DNA of 64,000 nt from positions 1 through 64,000 of the IMG/VR virus record IMGVR_UViG_3300020036_009452. One strand, given 5' to 3'. Both the position numbers and the translations under genes were made by a program. The notes under the pieces are model-generated. The model made no database searches. It saw only the letters and a program-made list of their open reading frames with translations, and was not told the origin of the DNA. Position 1 is the stretch's first letter. Every line of letters starts with the position of its first letter. This document shows, one piece after another, positions 29,008 through 39,800 of the stretch. Source of the stretch: a virus (Duplodnaviria > Caudoviricetes).

Positions 29008-29705
29008 TGAAGCATGACAATATGATTCCATTTGTGGGAGAATCCTGGTTATTACCTTTAGGAAAGGCTTTCGACTATGTGAAAACAGATGTCATCCCAT
29101 ACCTAAAGGAAGAAAGGGAAAGATTAGAATTAGAAAACCTAGACAATCCGTCAAAGAAAGCTAAGACTATTTATCCCTCTACACTATCCAATGTTTTCAG
29201 GGCTTTCAAAGAAACACCCTATCCAACGGTAAGAGTAGTTATAATTGGGCAAGATCCCTATCACGATGGATCTGCCACCGGCTGCGCATTTGACAATGCA
29301 AAAACTAAGAAACCTTCCCCGTCTTTACGAAACATTCTCAAAGAGATAGGAAAGGAATTTGGGAAATCCGCAGCCGATGACAATGTGTTGAGTTACTTGG
29401 AGCACCTTCCTTCACAGGGGGTGCTCCTCCTTAACACTGCCCTAACAGTTGAAAGCGCCAGTCGTGGGTCACATCTTGAAATCTGGCGTCCATTTACTGA
29501 GGAAGTAATAAAGGCACTAAACAAAACTCCAGACATAGTTTGGGTTTTATGGGGAGGAAAAGCTCATAAATTCAAAGAGCTTATAAATCCAAGACACAAA
29601 ATTGTTATGGGCGCACATCCTTCTCCTTTTTCATACCATCTGTTTAAGGATCAAGGGCACTTTTCTAAAATAAACGTTCATTTAAAAAATAAGATCCGAT
29701 GGTAA
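29007..29705 (+). CDS. ung: Uracil-DNA glycosylase, family 1
   Basis: IIGQDPYH, PSLRNI, QGVLLLN, WGGKA, GAHPSP. Confidence 0.95.
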   Translation: MKHDNMIPFVGESWLLPLGKAFDYVKTDVIPYLKEERERLELENLDNPSKKAKTIYPSTLSNVFRAFKETPYPTVRVVIIGQDPYHDGSATGCAFDNAKTKKPSPSLRNILKEIGKEFGKSAADDNVLSYLEHLPSQGVLLLNTALTVESASRGSHLEIWRPFTEEVIKALNKTPDIVWVLWGGKAHKFKELINPRHKIVMGAHPSPFSYHLFKDQGHFSKINVHLKNKIRW

Positions 29706-30469
29706 TCACAGACGAGGCCACAAGGAAGGCCTTACCAAATCTCCAAGAACTCTTTTTTAACTTAAAGCCAAACGTGTCCGGTGTTTTTAACGACGGCCGT
29801 TTCGCCAAAGAGCATGAAAAGAGTGTTCACATTAACCCCGTAAAAGCTGTAAAGCTGTCAGAAAACAAAGGTGACCTGTTCACAGCGTTGCGCAAAGAAG
29901 GCTATGCAGTTCCCGAATTTGCACCCGCCGAACTTTTTGAAGAAAAAGGAGTGTTCGCCATTGACGTGCTGCAAGAGAAGTTTCCACTGTCTGACCCAGA
30001 CCTTGAAACATTGTTCACTTGCAAGAACAAGATGACGACTATTGAAGACTTGGCCGAGCTGTTGCAGTTGCTGGGAACTGGGATGTCACCTGGCGGTGCC
30101 TTCTTTAATTTACCCAAGGGATACCAGTCTGCAGTTGTTTCAACAATCCCAAACGCCCGAGGCACTAACCTCAACTTGGGCACCACTACCACAAACAATG
30201 GGATTCTATCCCAGACTCTTCCATCGTCCCTGGGGGCAGACCGGCGTGCCGAAGCCCTGGAATTGGCCCGTAATGTAGTCGATGAGTTGAACCTCGATTA
30301 TGCCCACGTCACAATTGCTCTGTGCGAAGAGACGATGCTGGTAATCGATGTTGAAACATCACTGCGACGCCAAGATTGTGTCGCTTTGCGGTCTTACATT
30401 GACCATCTGATGAAGGCCCAAGCAAGAAAAAATAATCCACTGCAAAATGCAAGAAGAACCAAAAGGTAG
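29699..30469 (+). CDS. ATP-grasp-like (RimK-like) protein, possibly degenerate
   Basis: ENKGDLFTALRKEGYAVP, ALELARNVVDELNLDYAHV, LVIDVET. Confidence 0.45.
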   Translation: MVITDEATRKALPNLQELFFNLKPNVSGVFNDGRFAKEHEKSVHINPVKAVKLSENKGDLFTALRKEGYAVPEFAPAELFEEKGVFAIDVLQEKFPLSDPDLETLFTCKNKMTTIEDLAELLQLLGTGMSPGGAFFNLPKGYQSAVVSTIPNARGTNLNLGTTTTNNGILSQTLPSSLGADRRAEALELARNVVDELNLDYAHVTIALCEETMLVIDVETSLRRQDCVALRSYIDHLMKAQARKNNPLQNARRTKR

Positions 30470-30812
30470 AAATCCACTAGAGAATTACGCCTGAGTTAAG
30501 TTACGGTCCGCTGGTATACAGTTTGATTACGAAAGAGTAGTCGAGCTGTTACCAGCGTTTTTGTATAACGGGCTCATTATAGAAAAAGGGAAGAGAGGCT
30601 TATCTGCTAGATCCCCAAACTTTGAAAACATCGAATATAAACCGGACTTTATGGGGGTAGACTGGGTGATAGAAACAAAAGGATTGAGACGCCCAGACTT
30701 TGATTTACGTTGAAAGCTATTTAAACACAAAGTCAAGAGTAAGAAAATGTTATTGCTAATGCCAGGCAATATGAAACAAGTAGATGAATGTATAGAATTA
30801 CTAAAATTATGA
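30447..30812 (+). CDS. Holliday-junction resolvase-like PD-(D/E)xK endonuclease (2 TGA=Trp; end at TGA 30812 or TAG 30920), missed by the ORF track
   Basis: YKPDF...WVIETKG...DFDLR(W)KLFK; TGA at 30492, 30711. Confidence 0.8.
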
Positions 30813-30816
30813 ACTA

Positions 30817-31857
30817 ATGGAAAACGAGATGCCGGATCCTATAGAGCAATACTACAGCTCGCGAAGAATTTCAAACAGCCTGCTAAAAAGCATACAAAAT
30901 CCAAGAGCAGCAAAGCTTAGGCGAGATTTCCCTGAATTATATGAGAAGAATTCAACATCTTTAAAAATAGGCTCAGCAGTTGACTGTTTACTAACTGACC
31001 CAAAAGCCTGGATTAAAAAATTTAGAGTCTTAACGGTAAATAAACCTTACGGCTTCATGGGAAGTTTTGTTGAAGGATTACCAAAAGGTATTACGAAAGA
31101 AAGCCCAAGTGAGGATTTTGAAGGGGCCTATTGGCTCTCAGGATATAAGATGTCACTGGATTGGGTTGTGAATCGTTTTTGAAATACTCCAGATGCAGTT
31201 GAGTACTATTACAGCCAGCAAGATCTTCATGGGATAACTGTTCTCTCTAGAGATGAATATGAGTCCGTATTGAAAGCAGTTGAGCTTATTAACATTTCCC
31301 CATTTACAAAACCATACTTCACTTGTGAGCATAGCTTTGAAGAGTTGATGCACCAAGTTCCTATTTACTTTGAACTAGAGGGGCAGGAATTCAAGGCGCT
31401 TCTCGATGGGATTCGTATAAATCATAAAGACGAAACTATTGAGCCATTTGATTTAAAAACTATAGGCAAGTCAGTATTCGACTTTCCACAAAGTTATGTG
31501 GACTACGGGTACTACACACAGGCTGCCTTGTATGATTATGCAATTAGGACACCAAACAGTCCTGTGTTCGCATACATAGACCAGGGGTACAGGGTTAAAG
31601 ACTTCACTTTTATAGTAGTTGAAACCAAGACCTCATCTACAAATCCGGCAATAATCTACACCACTACCCAGAAAGAGCGTAATTGCGGGTTTGAGGGAGG
31701 TGTAGTTAATAATAAATACTACAAGGGCATTTATCAGCTCCTTGATGATTACTTGTGGCACGAGTCCACAGACCAATGAACCTATCCCAAAGAAGTCTTT
31801 CAAAATTTAGGTAAAATTACATTGGACGTTTTTAAATACAATGAAACACACAATTAG
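30817..31857 (+). CDS. PD-(D/E)xK exonuclease (346 aa, 2 TGA=Trp)
   Basis: ISNSLL, IGSAVD, FKALLDGI, PFDLKT, YYTQAALY; NRF(W) 31180 and DQ(W)TYP 31777. Confidence 0.85.
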
Positions 31858-32392
31858 CGCATTATTTCTCTCCCCGCTCCTTGAACTAAAGAAGGAAGCG
31901 CCGCTAAATATATACGATCCGGCCTACTATTTAGACACTTATTCGGGGGACGTACACAGGGAGGAATACCGCAACTGAACAGCAGGAGATTTCGTTCTTC
32001 TGGAATATAACAGTAATCTGCCAGAGAGCTTGATTGAATACTTTCAAAAGCGCTCGACTTTTGTAGAGATGTACGACCCGCAGAAGGGGAAACGTATCTT
32101 TGTATTCAGACTACCGCAGGAGGTTAAAAAGTCTTACACTGCCAAAGTTTTGGCGGGCAAGTACTCAGAAGCAGACAGACAGGTCGTGGACAAGTATTTT
32201 CCAAACGATCCTAGCCACCCACTTTATGGAAACCGGTTGGTGTTCGATAAGGGTGAACAATGGCGAAACTATTGGGACGCGCGAGGCGTCGTAATACCGG
32301 AAAACGCAGAGGTCTATTCAAAGCCACAGGCAAAAAATGAACAGTATGGATATGTTAAACCAAATTCAGGGGACGATGGCGAACTTGCTTAA
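31841..32392 (+). CDS. Hypothetical protein (183 aa, 1 TGA=Trp)
   Basis: ATG 31841; TGA 31976-78 in frame with ORF 32030-32392. Confidence 0.7.
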
Positions 32393-32807
32393 CGCTGGAG
32401 TTGAAAAGTTAAAGTTCTTAAATCGAATACTGGATCCTGAGCGCATTGCGCAAATTAGCCAAACCCACACTCGAAGGGAAGAGGCTTTGCTAGCCTTAGG
32501 TTTAGAGGAAAAAGACCTCATAGTTATTGAGGAAGAAAAAGCGGGGAAACGCGAATTTATTCGCCGGGCAATTGCTCGTTCTAACCCCTCATTCGGAAGA
32601 TTCCTAACCGAGGCTTATGTACATTACGAGACAACAAAAAACCCAAAAGCGCAATCGCGCATTAGCAAGGTTGACAGCCTTGAAAAGCTACAACAAGAAT
32701 TGAACACATGAAATCCCGAAACGTTAAAAGCGGAGGACCTATTGTCCGCCTGTGTTCAACTCTACTTGCTGCATCGGAAACTGCCCAAAACTAAGCCAGA
32801 ACCTTAA
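32346..32807 (+). CDS. Hypothetical protein (1 probable TGA=Trp)
   Basis: Readthrough of TGA 32709-11 gives NT(W)NPETLKAEDLLSACVQLYLLHRKLPKTKPEP-TAA. Confidence 0.6.
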
Positions 32808-32895
32808 GACCTCATTAGTCTCATGCCACCTCTGGATTTAGAATGTAAAAAGAAGTCAACGTACTTTGGCAGTTAGAAAGCGCTACAAAAAGAAA

Positions 32896-32932
32896 GCCCC
32901 CTTCCTGGATCGCTCCGGGTTGGGGGTTTTTT
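32896..32932 (+). terminator. Intrinsic terminator closing the replication block
   Basis: GCCCCC...GGGGGT followed by TTTTTATTTT. Confidence 0.7.
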
Positions 32933-32971
32933 ATTTTAAATTTTACCTGTTCACCATAAATTTACACACAC

Positions 32972-33943
32972 ATGAATCTTTTTAAAGCTTTCCTATTACT
33001 CCTTGCAGGATTCTTCACAGTCGTCACGTTTCAACGATGCGCCACTGATCCACAACTCTCTGGCCCAGCTGCCTACCTCCCATACTTGGGGCTTTTGGCA
33101 ATCCTGGGAGTGGTTGTTTACTTCCGAAAGCGTTTGGCAAGGTGGTTAAAAGCCACACCAATCCTATTAGTGCTGTTCACGACCAGCTGTGACTTTGTAG
33201 CTTCCGACAAGATCGGGGTTTGGGTTAAGAACTATGGAAAGACAGTCGATGATTACCAGCTAATACTGGGGAAATTCCCTGTTGACTGGTCTTACTCGAC
33301 TTGGACCCTTGAATACCCCGGTACTAACTTTCCAGTCCAAATTGACCCGATACAAATGTACTGTAAGGATGGGGTTGGCGTGTTTGTCGACCCAAGCGTT
33401 CTTTGCGCTCTTATCAAGAGTGACGAGGCGTGCCGAAAGTACGCCTCTCAATTTACTGCTTATCGCGATGGTCCCGCATTTCAAGAAGCGATTGCGCAGA
33501 CAATCTTCAAAGAGACCATTGCGGCCTGCCGCCAAGTTGTGCAAAACACAGTGTCTGATTCATTATTGGGAAACCGAGGAAGATACTACACAATGATGGA
33601 GGTTGACTTAGGGCAGAAATTAGTTTCGGTCTATGGCGTATGGTTGAAGCAATTTTCTGTGGAAATCAGTGTCGACCCAACTCTGCAGCAGGCTATCAAT
33701 GGGAGATTGAATGAACAAGAGAAGACGAAAAAGACCCTAGCCTCGGTTGAAAACGAAAAGGCGGAGATTAAGTTGATGGAACTGAGAAAAGTGAAAATTG
33801 ATCTTGAAAGTCAAGCCTATTCACCACAATTCCTGCGGAAGTTGGAACTTGACTATTCGTACAATGCCTGGATGGCTCTTGCCAACTCACCCAACAAGGT
33901 CTTTGTGGGCGGCACCCCAACGAAATTTCTAATTAATCCTTAG
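32972..33943 (+). CDS. SPFH/Band-7 domain membrane protein
   Basis: N-terminal TM segments; CKDGVGVFVDPSV core; coiled-coil tail; W...NKVFVGG C-terminus. Confidence 0.75.
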   Translation: MNLFKAFLLLLAGFFTVVTFQRCATDPQLSGPAAYLPYLGLLAILGVVVYFRKRLARWLKATPILLVLFTTSCDFVASDKIGVWVKNYGKTVDDYQLILGKFPVDWSYSTWTLEYPGTNFPVQIDPIQMYCKDGVGVFVDPSVLCALIKSDEACRKYASQFTAYRDGPAFQEAIAQTIFKETIAACRQVVQNTVSDSLLGNRGRYYTMMEVDLGQKLVSVYGVWLKQFSVEISVDPTLQQAINGRLNEQEKTKKTLASVENEKAEIKLMELRKVKIDLESQAYSPQFLRKLELDYSYNAWMALANSPNKVFVGGTPTKFLINP

Positions 33944-33968
33944 TCAATCATCTGTTAGCAGGTAAATC

Positions 33969-33996
33969 GGTGGCTCTAGTAAAGTCTGGGGCCACC
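33969..33996 (+). terminator. Intergenic hairpin
   Basis: GGTGGCTCTAG/CTGGGGCCACC. Confidence 0.5.
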
Positions 33997-34010
33997 GAAC
34001 ATTTTAATTT

Positions 34011-34316
34011 ATGGAAAACTCATCTACAATTTTAAACTGGAACATAGCTGCCCCTGCTAAGTCAGTAAGTGAGCAGCTACAAAAACAAGTAGACTACGCT
34101 AAAGGCCTTTTCATGGCCTGGAGAAAACGTAACCCAGAAGCGTCAAACATTTTGGTTTTCAAACATGTTCTACAAGGATACCTCGTTCGAGTCCTTCTTA
34201 GTGAAGGGCAGTTTGAGGTGGCCTTTGACAGGTTGGATGCCTTTTGGGAAGAATACACCATGGATTACATCTCGATTTGGGAAAAAGAATATCAATCTAA
34301 GCATGAACTTATTTAG
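34011..34316 (+). CDS. Hypothetical protein (101 aa)
   Basis: ORF track; TAG stop. Confidence 0.65.
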   Translation: MENSSTILNWNIAAPAKSVSEQLQKQVDYAKGLFMAWRKRNPEASNILVFKHVLQGYLVRVLLSEGQFEVAFDRLDAFWEEYTMDYISIWEKEYQSKHELI

Positions 34317-34698
34317 AGATCTATTGACAAATTTACGTTTGGGGAAGAAAAAGGATTACCCCAAATACACAGCGCACTTTTTGAAACACTTGAATCATTC
34401 AATGACTGAACTTGTACTCCGTGAAGAAGCTTTTCTCTTACATCAAATCCTGTGTAATGAAAAAGTGCTGTTGGAAATCCAGCACATCTCGCGGCGTGTT
34501 TCAGTTGTCACAATCGAAAAATATGAAGAGTCGACTGATTTACTTCGTAATATTCAATCTAGCAATCTTAGGGGGGATGTTTTACATGCTCTACGGGGGG
34601 ATGAATCCCTCGATCTACTTCATACTGGTACTCATACTCATTGTGGAATTCTATTTCATGAAAGAGTTGCGATACTTTATCCGGTATGGACGATTTAG
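34303..34698 (+). CDS. Hypothetical protein with C-terminal hydrophobic segment
   Basis: Start reassigned to ATG 34303. Confidence 0.55.
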   Translation: MNLFRDLLTNLRLGKKKDYPKYTAHFLKHLNHSMTELVLREEAFLLHQILCNEKVLLEIQHISRRVSVVTIEKYEESTDLLRNIQSSNLRGDVLHALRGDESLDLLHTGTHTHCGILFHERVAILYPVWTI

Positions 34699-34782
34699 CC
34701 CCCCTAAGATTTGAAGTGTGATAGGCTCCCTCGCTGCAAAAGTGCGGTGGGGGAGATTTTTATTTCATCTAAAACTCAAACA

Positions 34783-35724
34783 ATGAAAAAAGTTGTCGAT
34801 TTACCACCTAATTTTCTAACATCCGCCCCCGGAACTTCTATTATAGAGGGAATCCTGGAAGAGCAAATTCAAGAAGAGCCAGTTGAAGAGAAGGAATCCG
34901 AAGTGATTGAGGCGGCCGGCCGAGTCGAAGTGCGTTATCAAGTGGAGTATATTAGTTTAGACCCCACAGTAGCGCCCCCGCAAACTAAATACGGCAAGGA
35001 AGCTTTCGACGCAGCAGGTACATTTAATGAACTTCCAGAAACTTACAAAGCTACAGATGAAAATGGAGCTAAGTGGTTCATAAAGAAGATTACACCCCGC
35101 TCACACACTGAGACTTTTGGCGATACGGATTTAGTAATCCATACAATCCGTATTGAGCTCGTGCCAGTGGAACCTTCAAAGCGCCCTGCTGATATAGATG
35201 CCAATTCATACAATGTCTATTTTTTCAAGGTGCTCCCCACTGACCACCCGGCGCAACGCAACGAACTACCCGATTTATACGGCAAAGCAGCTTATGATGA
35301 GTGGGCTGCAGACATCAGTGCCGGCAAGGCTGTCGGGTCCAGAATTGTTGACAGTATGGGGGTTGTTTGGGTAGTAATGCGGGCTGTGATTCGCCGAGAG
35401 GTAGGGCCTTATGAGAAGCGTATCGATGTGGATTTGTTCCCTTTTGTCCCCGGTTTGGATGAACCCACCCAACATATAGACACCGAAGGACCAGCTGAGG
35501 AAATTGATGTGCGCGCCCATGCCCAAGCATTATTTTGCAGGGCGATGCTGGAAGCAAAGATTGAAGGGGGCCTGAAAAGGGCAATCTGGACCTTATTTGT
35601 CGATTCCTTCACACCTGAACAACTTGTGACAGCGCGCAAAGAAATTCTCACCGCTATTCAAACCGAAGAAGCGGACTTGCATAGCCGGAAAAGTAAACTC
35701 CTAAACTTAGAATTTCCAAGATGA
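34783..35724 (+). CDS. Acidic hypothetical protein
   Basis: Start at ATG 34783 after hairpin 34726-55 and a TCTAA leader; ends TGA in an ATGA overlap. Confidence 0.7.
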   Translation: MKKVVDLPPNFLTSAPGTSIIEGILEEQIQEEPVEEKESEVIEAAGRVEVRYQVEYISLDPTVAPPQTKYGKEAFDAAGTFNELPETYKATDENGAKWFIKKITPRSHTETFGDTDLVIHTIRIELVPVEPSKRPADIDANSYNVYFFKVLPTDHPAQRNELPDLYGKAAYDEWAADISAGKAVGSRIVDSMGVVWVVMRAVIRREVGPYEKRIDVDLFPFVPGLDEPTQHIDTEGPAEEIDVRAHAQALFCRAMLEAKIEGGLKRAIWTLFVDSFTPEQLVTARKEILTAIQTEEADLHSRKSKLLNLEFPR

Positions 35725-36227
35725 ACCCATACGAATTTGCTTTCTTTTGCCTACACGCCTTCGCGGCTAATCCCAGACAGGGAATCAATGACCCCGGCTG
35801 GATTGATACTCTCTGGGCATTTACCTTCATTGGGGCACACTACGAATTGATTGCAGTACTTTGGCGGCTTGCCTGGCGACGCTCAAAGCGTAAGAAGACA
35901 TCTCCAACGGTACTTCCTGAACCCGACGAACCGTCCGAACCCGATGAGCGGGAAATTGTACACAAGGTTCGCCTTATCTACCGGTACCCACCAGACAAAG
36001 CCCCAAAACATTCAGTCTGGCTTGCTGAATACTGCGATAGGGACAGCTTTATAAAATTTAAAGCCGACGAACGTTTACGAGATAATATCTTTAGTTTCCG
36101 GGGAATCAACTGGTACATTGGGAGTAGTTACGAAAGTGGCTGCAAAGGCCCTGGTGGAAAGACCCGTTTACTAGTTGTAATGATGATTCCAATGCCCGAT
36201 CAAGTTCATCTTTTAAATACTCTGTAA
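35721..36227 (+). CDS. Membrane-anchored hypothetical protein (168 aa)
   Basis: N-terminal hydrophobic segment; TAATG overlap. Confidence 0.65.
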   Translation: MNPYEFAFFCLHAFAANPRQGINDPGWIDTLWAFTFIGAHYELIAVLWRLAWRRSKRKKTSPTVLPEPDEPSEPDEREIVHKVRLIYRYPPDKAPKHSVWLAEYCDRDSFIKFKADERLRDNIFSFRGINWYIGSSYESGCKGPGGKTRLLVVMMIPMPDQVHLLNTL

Positions 36228-36778
36228 TGCTTCAACAACAAATATTGGATTACGTTCGCACCCGTCCATGGGCTCCTGCACTCTGTATCGCACTCTGTTT
36301 GCTGCTAACCTCTATGGCTCTGGTTGTTGGTGTTGAACATGGTAAACAACTAGCCAATGCCAAGTTGGAATTAGAGCCATTGCCGGACAGCATCCCTGCC
36401 AAATGGAATCGCCTTTACATTTTAAAGGACACCACAAGAGAAGAGCCCATTTACATAGGGATCATGGACATGAATAAAGACCGTGATTATCAGCCTATCT
36501 TTGATGCGCTTAAAGCTCAACCTAACTGTAAGCTGGATTGGCTTGAGCGAAACACTGCCGATGAAATGTACGTTCAATACCTGCGGGCGCACGCTGGTTA
36601 CTTCGACATGCGTTGGGAAACCGTATTTTGCGTAGATCCTGTAACAAAAGACACCTTTGGTCTTAGTTTGGATTGGTCAGAACATGTGCAGCACCAAAGC
36701 AATCAGGGCGATTTAGAGGCCTTCAACAGGCTTCTTGATGTTATGGAAATGTTGAACTACAAAACGGTTGACCATTAA
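36227..36778 (+). CDS. Membrane-anchored hypothetical protein (183 aa)
   Basis: N-terminal TM segment. Confidence 0.65.
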   Translation: MLQQQILDYVRTRPWAPALCIALCLLLTSMALVVGVEHGKQLANAKLELEPLPDSIPAKWNRLYILKDTTREEPIYIGIMDMNKDRDYQPIFDALKAQPNCKLDWLERNTADEMYVQYLRAHAGYFDMRWETVFCVDPVTKDTFGLSLDWSEHVQHQSNQGDLEAFNRLLDVMEMLNYKTVDH

Positions 36779-36805
36779 TCCCCACCGCCTTTGTTTAAAT
36801 TGAAA

Positions 36806-36836
36806 GCCCCTCCTCACCGTCATGGTGGGAAGGGGC
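36806..36836. terminator. Bidirectional terminator between convergent blocks
   Basis: GCCCCTCCTCACC-GTCAT-GGTGGGAAGGGGC with A/T-rich flanks on both sides. Confidence 0.7.
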
Positions 36837-36852
36837 CTAAATTTTTCTGCGA

Positions 36853-39800
36853 TTACGGTCTTACTGGAAATATTCCGAATAAATGTTCACTGCTTTCTGA
36901 ATCATTAGAAAGTAAATCTCCTATCTGCATGGAGCCGGCTAAACCAGGAATAGCACGGCCAACAGTTTTCAATCCTTTTGGCCAACCTTGTTGATCGGTT
37001 TCACCTGTTACACCCTCTGTTAGTAAATCAAAGAATGCAAGGGCTGTTTTACCCATTTTATCAAGAGCTACAATTGGTTTCATAGCAGTATCCCATAAGT
37101 CAGCAGGGTTAGCACCACGAGTTAAGTCCATGATGGTTCTTTCTATGGAGCGCCCGACGTATGACTTCTCTTCGTCGTCATCTAGGCTAAGATGGAATAT
37201 AGCTGATAACAGTAAGAACCAAAGGAAGGTATTAGTAAGTCCAGCTAGAGCTCTTGCACGGTGACCCTTTAGAGTATTCTCGCCCAGATTTTCCTCTGTT
37301 AGATATTGTTTACCCTTACCAGACATCGCTGCAAATATGGAGCTAGTGAGGACTCTTAATTGGCCTTCCATAACTTCTGAGTGCCACTGATATACGGGCA
37401 TCCCATCAGGACGTTCACCCTTTAGTACGTATTTACCTACTGTAATATCTTTATAGGGAGAAGCAAATAGAACCTTTAAATACTGGTAAAAGTATTTATG
37501 GAACTGCATGATGAAATCACCAAGCACACTAACTTCCATTGCAGTCTTCTCTTCTGTCCTATAAGAACCATTCAGCTTCTCATAAGCGCGCTTTAGGGAT
37601 TTTATCTCAAGAGCAGTTAACTCCTTTAGTGGAACAAAAGAGCCATCAGCTAATTGTGTTACACCGCGTTCCCCTACAGTCCAGTTTCCTTTATTATCAT
37701 AGGCATCCCATAGGGTAGTTTCTTTACCAGTCGCGTCTTTTATCTTTATAGATTTCATAAGACCGGCCAACTGCCAGAGGGCACCTAGGTTCTCACCTAT
37801 TTGATAGAACAAGAAGGCATTGGATGTAGCGGATAACTTTATACTCTGCGATAACAAGCGATCGTTATTCACCGCATATGGGTAGTTATCTGGTAGCCAG
37901 TCTAGATTCTTAGCTATGTTCCATAGTTTAGACTCGTCTTCTTTACCAAACATCTTAGCTTTCATGTAATCCCTAACAGCTACACGCCCGCCATCCAAAT
38001 TGATAGTTTCAAAAGATTCAGGAGGAACGCCTATAATATAGGAGAGGGCTGAATTTACCCAACCTCTAGTAGCCTGTGTGGAATTGGCTGCAGCGATCAT
38101 AAGAGCATTTCTTACAGGCGACCACACTTTAAAAGACATTACAGAATAAGTTACACTACTCTTTATAAATCTAAGTAGTCGGTCTTGTGAGACCACAATG
38201 GGCGTCCCTTCGGGGATGTCCGTAAGTTTTTCTGTGAGTTTATTGGCTTTCAGAGTTATCTTCTTAGCTGTGAGACTATCACTATCTTGTTTACCGGTAA
38301 CCTGCAGAGTGATTTGATTATCTAACCACTGCACAAGTTTGCCGTAGCGCTGTTCTCCAACCTCATTCTTTTCTTCTTGTAGACCATTGTAAACGCCTAA
38401 AGCCACATCGTAAACGGGGTCTAGTTGTTCCTTGGTCTTTAAGGAAGTCATAAAGAACTTAAAGGCGGTTTCTACATTCCAGCTATGGTTAGCTTCTGTC
38501 ACTACATCTGAACCGCTGTGTTTGAAATATCTAAGGGGGATACCAGAGTCTTCTGTTACATAATTATCCTCTAAGAAATTAGTAAGGCTTCTCTTTAGAT
38601 TAGCGCCAACTACAGTCTTTAATCCGAAAACATTACTAGCAAAGTTTTCTTCTTCTCTTATTTCCGCTACGGGTTTAGGAACCCTAGGAAGAAAGTCTTC
38701 TGGAAGAGTTGGAGGAATGCCTAGCTTCTCATACCTAAGAAGAGGAACAGAAGGATCGTTAAACTTGTAGCCTACGACAGCACTTGCAAACTTATTATAC
38801 TCTTTCTGCATGGTGGAGTAAACAAAGCTACGATATTCTTTCTGAGCGTTCGTAAGTGGTATTTCAACACCGTTCTCTAAATATGTATCCCTTAAGTTTA
38901 AATAGTGCCCAGGTCTTCCAATATCAGAAGACTCGCGCCACATAAACTTGAAGTGTTTCTGTGTAGTTTCATGTACATTTCTAGAAAGTATTCTGTGTGC
39001 AACTATACTACCAACGAACCATAAAGGTGAGAAAGTAGCAATCCCATAAACGTTGGCAATAGTAGCCCCTGCATTTACAACAGTCTTCCAAATACTCTTA
39101 TTCTCTGGGGAGAGGGCTGCTTTATACAGAGCGTCGTGTTCTTTCTCTGTTGTATTTAGAAAAGATTGAACGTTTCTCTTTGCATCCATTATGATTTTAT
39201 GGAGTGTCTGAACTTTAGGATTAGCAATATCGGAAAAGTTCTTAAATTTCCACAGTGATGACAGATCCTCAGTGTTGCTAGCAAGATCTGTTGCTGGGTC
39301 TTTTTCAAGTTCTAGTAATGCGTCACTATATTGTTTAGCTAGTGGGCGAATGTGCGGATCGTTCTGGATCTCACTCTTCGTTTTACCAGCATACAACATA
39401 GCTAGTTGATTCTGTAGATAAAGATGTTTCTCTTTTAGGGTTAGGTGACCCATCTTATCTTCAAAGCTTACTAGCGATTCAGCTGTTCCTTTATAATTAG
39501 AGGCAGCAAATAAACCCTTGGCTTGGAGTTGTTCGTAGACTTGTGGATGCTTTGCTTTATAGTAATCTGCTATAGTATATAGGTATGGCTGTAAGTCCAG
39601 TTCCATTGGAGTAGCCTTTCCCTGATGATCGATCTTTACTAATTTAATAGAGCGAAACTTCATCTCAGGAAATTTCTCCTTTAACATTATAGCACGGTAA
39701 GCCAGCTCTAGATAACCCTTTGAAAGTTTTGAGTCATTGATACCATACTTATCTCCAAAGTCCATTAAATATGGGCTACTCTTATCGCTAGTCAGATTAC

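Noticed and set aside
16304-32807. Pseudogenes or sequencing errors as the cause of fragmented replication genes
   Set aside because: All interruptions are TGA, never TAA, TAG or frameshifts; they stay in frame and several fall at conserved Trp motifs.
16304-32807. TGA = Gly (code 25) or selenocysteine
   Set aside because: Contexts such as LNQ*KE, R*KLFK, SPH*SK and K*GGN call for Trp; the TGAs are not at catalytic Cys positions.
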